64,000 nucleotides of DNA from an uncultured Acidobacteriota bacterium. GTDB lineage: Bacteria; Acidobacteriota; UBA6911. The stretch spans positions 672,001 through 736,000 of the forward strand of contig CAWJKZ010000013.1 in the NCBI GenBank assembly GCA_963843575.1. The letters are read 5' to 3'. A program made the translations under genes and the position numbers. The notes beneath the pieces were generated by a model. The model worked only from the letters and a program-made list of their open reading frames with translations. It searched no databases and had not been told where the DNA came from. Below, in pieces: positions 62,004 through 64,000 of the stretch. Every line of letters begins with the position of its first letter. Position 1 is the first letter of the stretch.

Positions 62004-62951
62004 ATGGAAGTCAGTCGCCGACTGCGCACGACCGAGGTCGCGATTTTCGCGGCCGTCCTCCTCGAGTGCATCGTTTTCGCCTTCCTATCGCCGAGCTTCC
62101 TCACCCTGAACAACTTCGTCAACGTGACCCTGCAGATCGCGATCTACGGCATTCTGGCTGTCGGGATGACGATCATCATGATCACCGGCGGCATCGATCT
62201 CTCCATCGGCTCGGTGGTTGCACTCGTCGGGGTCGTCGCCGCGATCCTGTCGAAAAAAGAGGCGCTGCCGGCAGACGTCATGGTGGGGACCGCGATGCTC
62301 GCCGGGATCGCGCTCGGGACCGCGATTGGGGCCGCTTCCGGGTCGCTGATTGCCCGGTTCGGCATACCTCCGTTTATCGTGACGCTCGCGCTGATGACCA
62401 TCTGCCGCGGCGTGGTGTTCATCATCACCGGGGGTTTCACCGAGGGCGAGCTTCCCGCCCATTTTGGCTGGCTCGGGCGAGGGCACCTCTGGTTCCTCCC
62501 CATCCCGGTCGTCATCATGGTGCTTCTGTTCGGGGCGGGCTACGTGGTCCTCGATATGACGGCCTTCGGCCGCCACATCTACGCCCTTGGCGGCAACGAG
62601 GAGGCCGCCCGGCTCTCGGGCATCAGGGTGCGCCGGACCAAGGTCCTCGTCTATTCGCTCAGTGGGCTGCTCACCGGCCTGGCAGGGGTCACCCTGGCGG
62701 CGCGGCTCGGGGCCGGGGCCCCCAATTCGGGGCTCGGCTACGAGCTGGACGTCATCGCCGCCGTGGTGGTCGGCGGCACCAGCTTGAGCGGAGGGCGCGG
62801 GAGTATGATCGGCACCCTCGCAGGAACGATGTTCATAGGGGTGCTGAACAACGGGCTCAACCTCGCCAACGTCGACCCCTACACGCAAAAGGTAGCGCTG
62901 GGCCTCGTCATCCTCGCCGCGGTCTGGCTCGATCAGCTGCAGAAGAAGTAG
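62004..62951 (+). CDS. Monosaccharide ABC transporter permease (RbsC-like)
   Basis: GGIDLSIGS, PPFIVTL, GGNEEAARLSGI, YELDVIAAVVVGG. Confidence 0.95.
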   Translation: MEVSRRLRTTEVAIFAAVLLECIVFAFLSPSFLTLNNFVNVTLQIAIYGILAVGMTIIMITGGIDLSIGSVVALVGVVAAILSKKEALPADVMVGTAMLAGIALGTAIGAASGSLIARFGIPPFIVTLALMTICRGVVFIITGGFTEGELPAHFGWLGRGHLWFLPIPVVIMVLLFGAGYVVLDMTAFGRHIYALGGNEEAARLSGIRVRRTKVLVYSLSGLLTGLAGVTLAARLGAGAPNSGLGYELDVIAAVVVGGTSLSGGRGSMIGTLAGTMFIGVLNNGLNLANVDPYTQKVALGLVILAAVWLDQLQKK

Positions 62952-63097
62952 GCTCCGCCCGGGGACACGCGAAGTCCACCTCAACGATTGCGCAAGGTTC
63001 CGGGGCCGCGGCGAACCGCCGCGGCCCACCACCCGACTGGCAGCTGCGCGCTGCGCAGTGTACGATTCCAGGTACAAGTTATGGAGGTGCCCGCTTC

Positions 63098-64000
63098 ATG
63101 AGAGCCCGATCCGCCGTCATCGTCGCCCTGCTGTGCGGTTTCGCAGCCGCACGGGCCCAGGCCGAGGAGCAGTACTATCTCCCACAGGTCGTTGACGGCC
63201 GCTTCGAGCGGGGGAGCTACAGGACTACCTTTGTCTTCTTCAACAACACCGACGCCAATGTCACCGTCCTGCTGAAGTTGACCGGCGACGCCGGCGCGCC
63301 CCTGGTGGTCGGGATCGACAGTCTCGGTCGGGCCAGCGAATTCAACATCTTCCTCGCCGCGGGGGCGACCGAGATTCTGCAGACCGACGGCACGGGTGCC
63401 ATCGTCACCGGGGCAGCCTCCGTTACCACGTCCGCGAAGATCGGCGTCTCGGCCATCTTCTCGAATTTCGACGCTGACGGACGATACCTGACCGAGGCGG
63501 GGGTGGGCGGCGCTGAGCCGCAGACGGACTTTGTCCTGCCCGTCGATACCACGGGCCTGTTCAACACGGGGCTGGCGCTCTTCAATCCAGGGACCAGCCA
63601 GGCCGTCATCACTGCGGAGCTGCGCGATTCGGGCGGACAGACCGTCGCATCCGCAAACGTCGACCTGGCCGCAGGGGGGCACGTGGCGCGATTCGTGGCG
63701 GGTTCCGGTCAGCTCTTCCCCTCCGTCGCCGCATTCCAGGGAACGCTCCGGGTGCAGAGCAGCGCCCCGGTTTCGGCCTTGGTACTGCGCCAGAACGAGC
63801 TGCCCCTCTCGTACACGTCTCTGCCCGTCGTCCCGGCCGGCGCCTCGACCCTGACGCGCAACCTCGCGCAGGTGGCGACCGGTTCTTTTGACGGCGGCGT
63901 GTTCAAGACCTCGTTTCTCCTGTTCAATCTCTCGCCCGGAGCTGCCAACGCGGTCCTCGCACTGACCAGGAACGACGGCACACCGCTTTCGGTGACCGTT
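63098..64000 (+). CDS. Exported beta-rich repeat protein, cut off by the window edge
   Basis: Manual translation MRARSAVIVALLCGFAAARAQAEEQYYLPQVVDGRFERGSYRTTFVFFN...; internal repeat LAQVATGSFDGGVFKTSFLLFN; GGAGG RBS; open to the end. Confidence 0.8.
   Translation, partial: MRARSAVIVALLCGFAAARAQAEEQYYLPQVVDGRFERGSYRTTFVFFNNTDANVTVLLKLTGDAGAPLVVGIDSLGRASEFNIFLAAGATEILQTDGTGAIVTGAASVTTSAKIGVSAIFSNFDADGRYLTEAGVGGAEPQTDFVLPVDTTGLFNTGLALFNPGTSQAVITAELRDSGGQTVASANVDLAAGGHVARFVAGSGQLFPSVAAFQGTLRVQSSAPVSALVLRQNELPLSYTSLPVVPAGASTLTRNLAQVATGSFDGGVFKTSFLLFNLSPGAANAVLALTRNDGTPLSVTV

Overview
High-GC bacterial chromosomal segment, most likely Acidobacteriota judging by gene content and order, made mostly of housekeeping genes. 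In order: ECF sigma, nrdR-hsp20-lon, thiL, rnc, serS, galU-purD-purE-mtaB, acpS, pgeF, rlmN, M16 peptidase-MBL hydrolase, purB, the rpmH-rnpA-yidD-yidC-jag-mnmE-mnmG-rsmG-parS-parA-parB cluster (no dnaA next to it), bactofilin, a selenocysteine-encoding selD, methylmalonyl-CoA mutase, a UbiA prenyltransferase with a phytol-kinase-like/DUF92 gene, ABC transporter parts, eno, ExbB-ExbD-ExbD-TPR, a sigma-54 two-component system and sugar uptake genes. About ten genes carry single-base frameshifts that look like long-read assembly errors. The most striking unexplained signals centre on the parS pair at about 30.6 kb. One is a sharp, local G-to-C skew reversal between co-oriented genes. The other is a family of 29-bp AT-rich dyad sites (YAWnnn-N13-nnnWTR) embedded in coding sequences within about 7 kb of parS. 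Three candidate structured ncRNAs and a REP/MITE-like repeat family are also present. All calls come from reading the sequence by eye; no database search was run.
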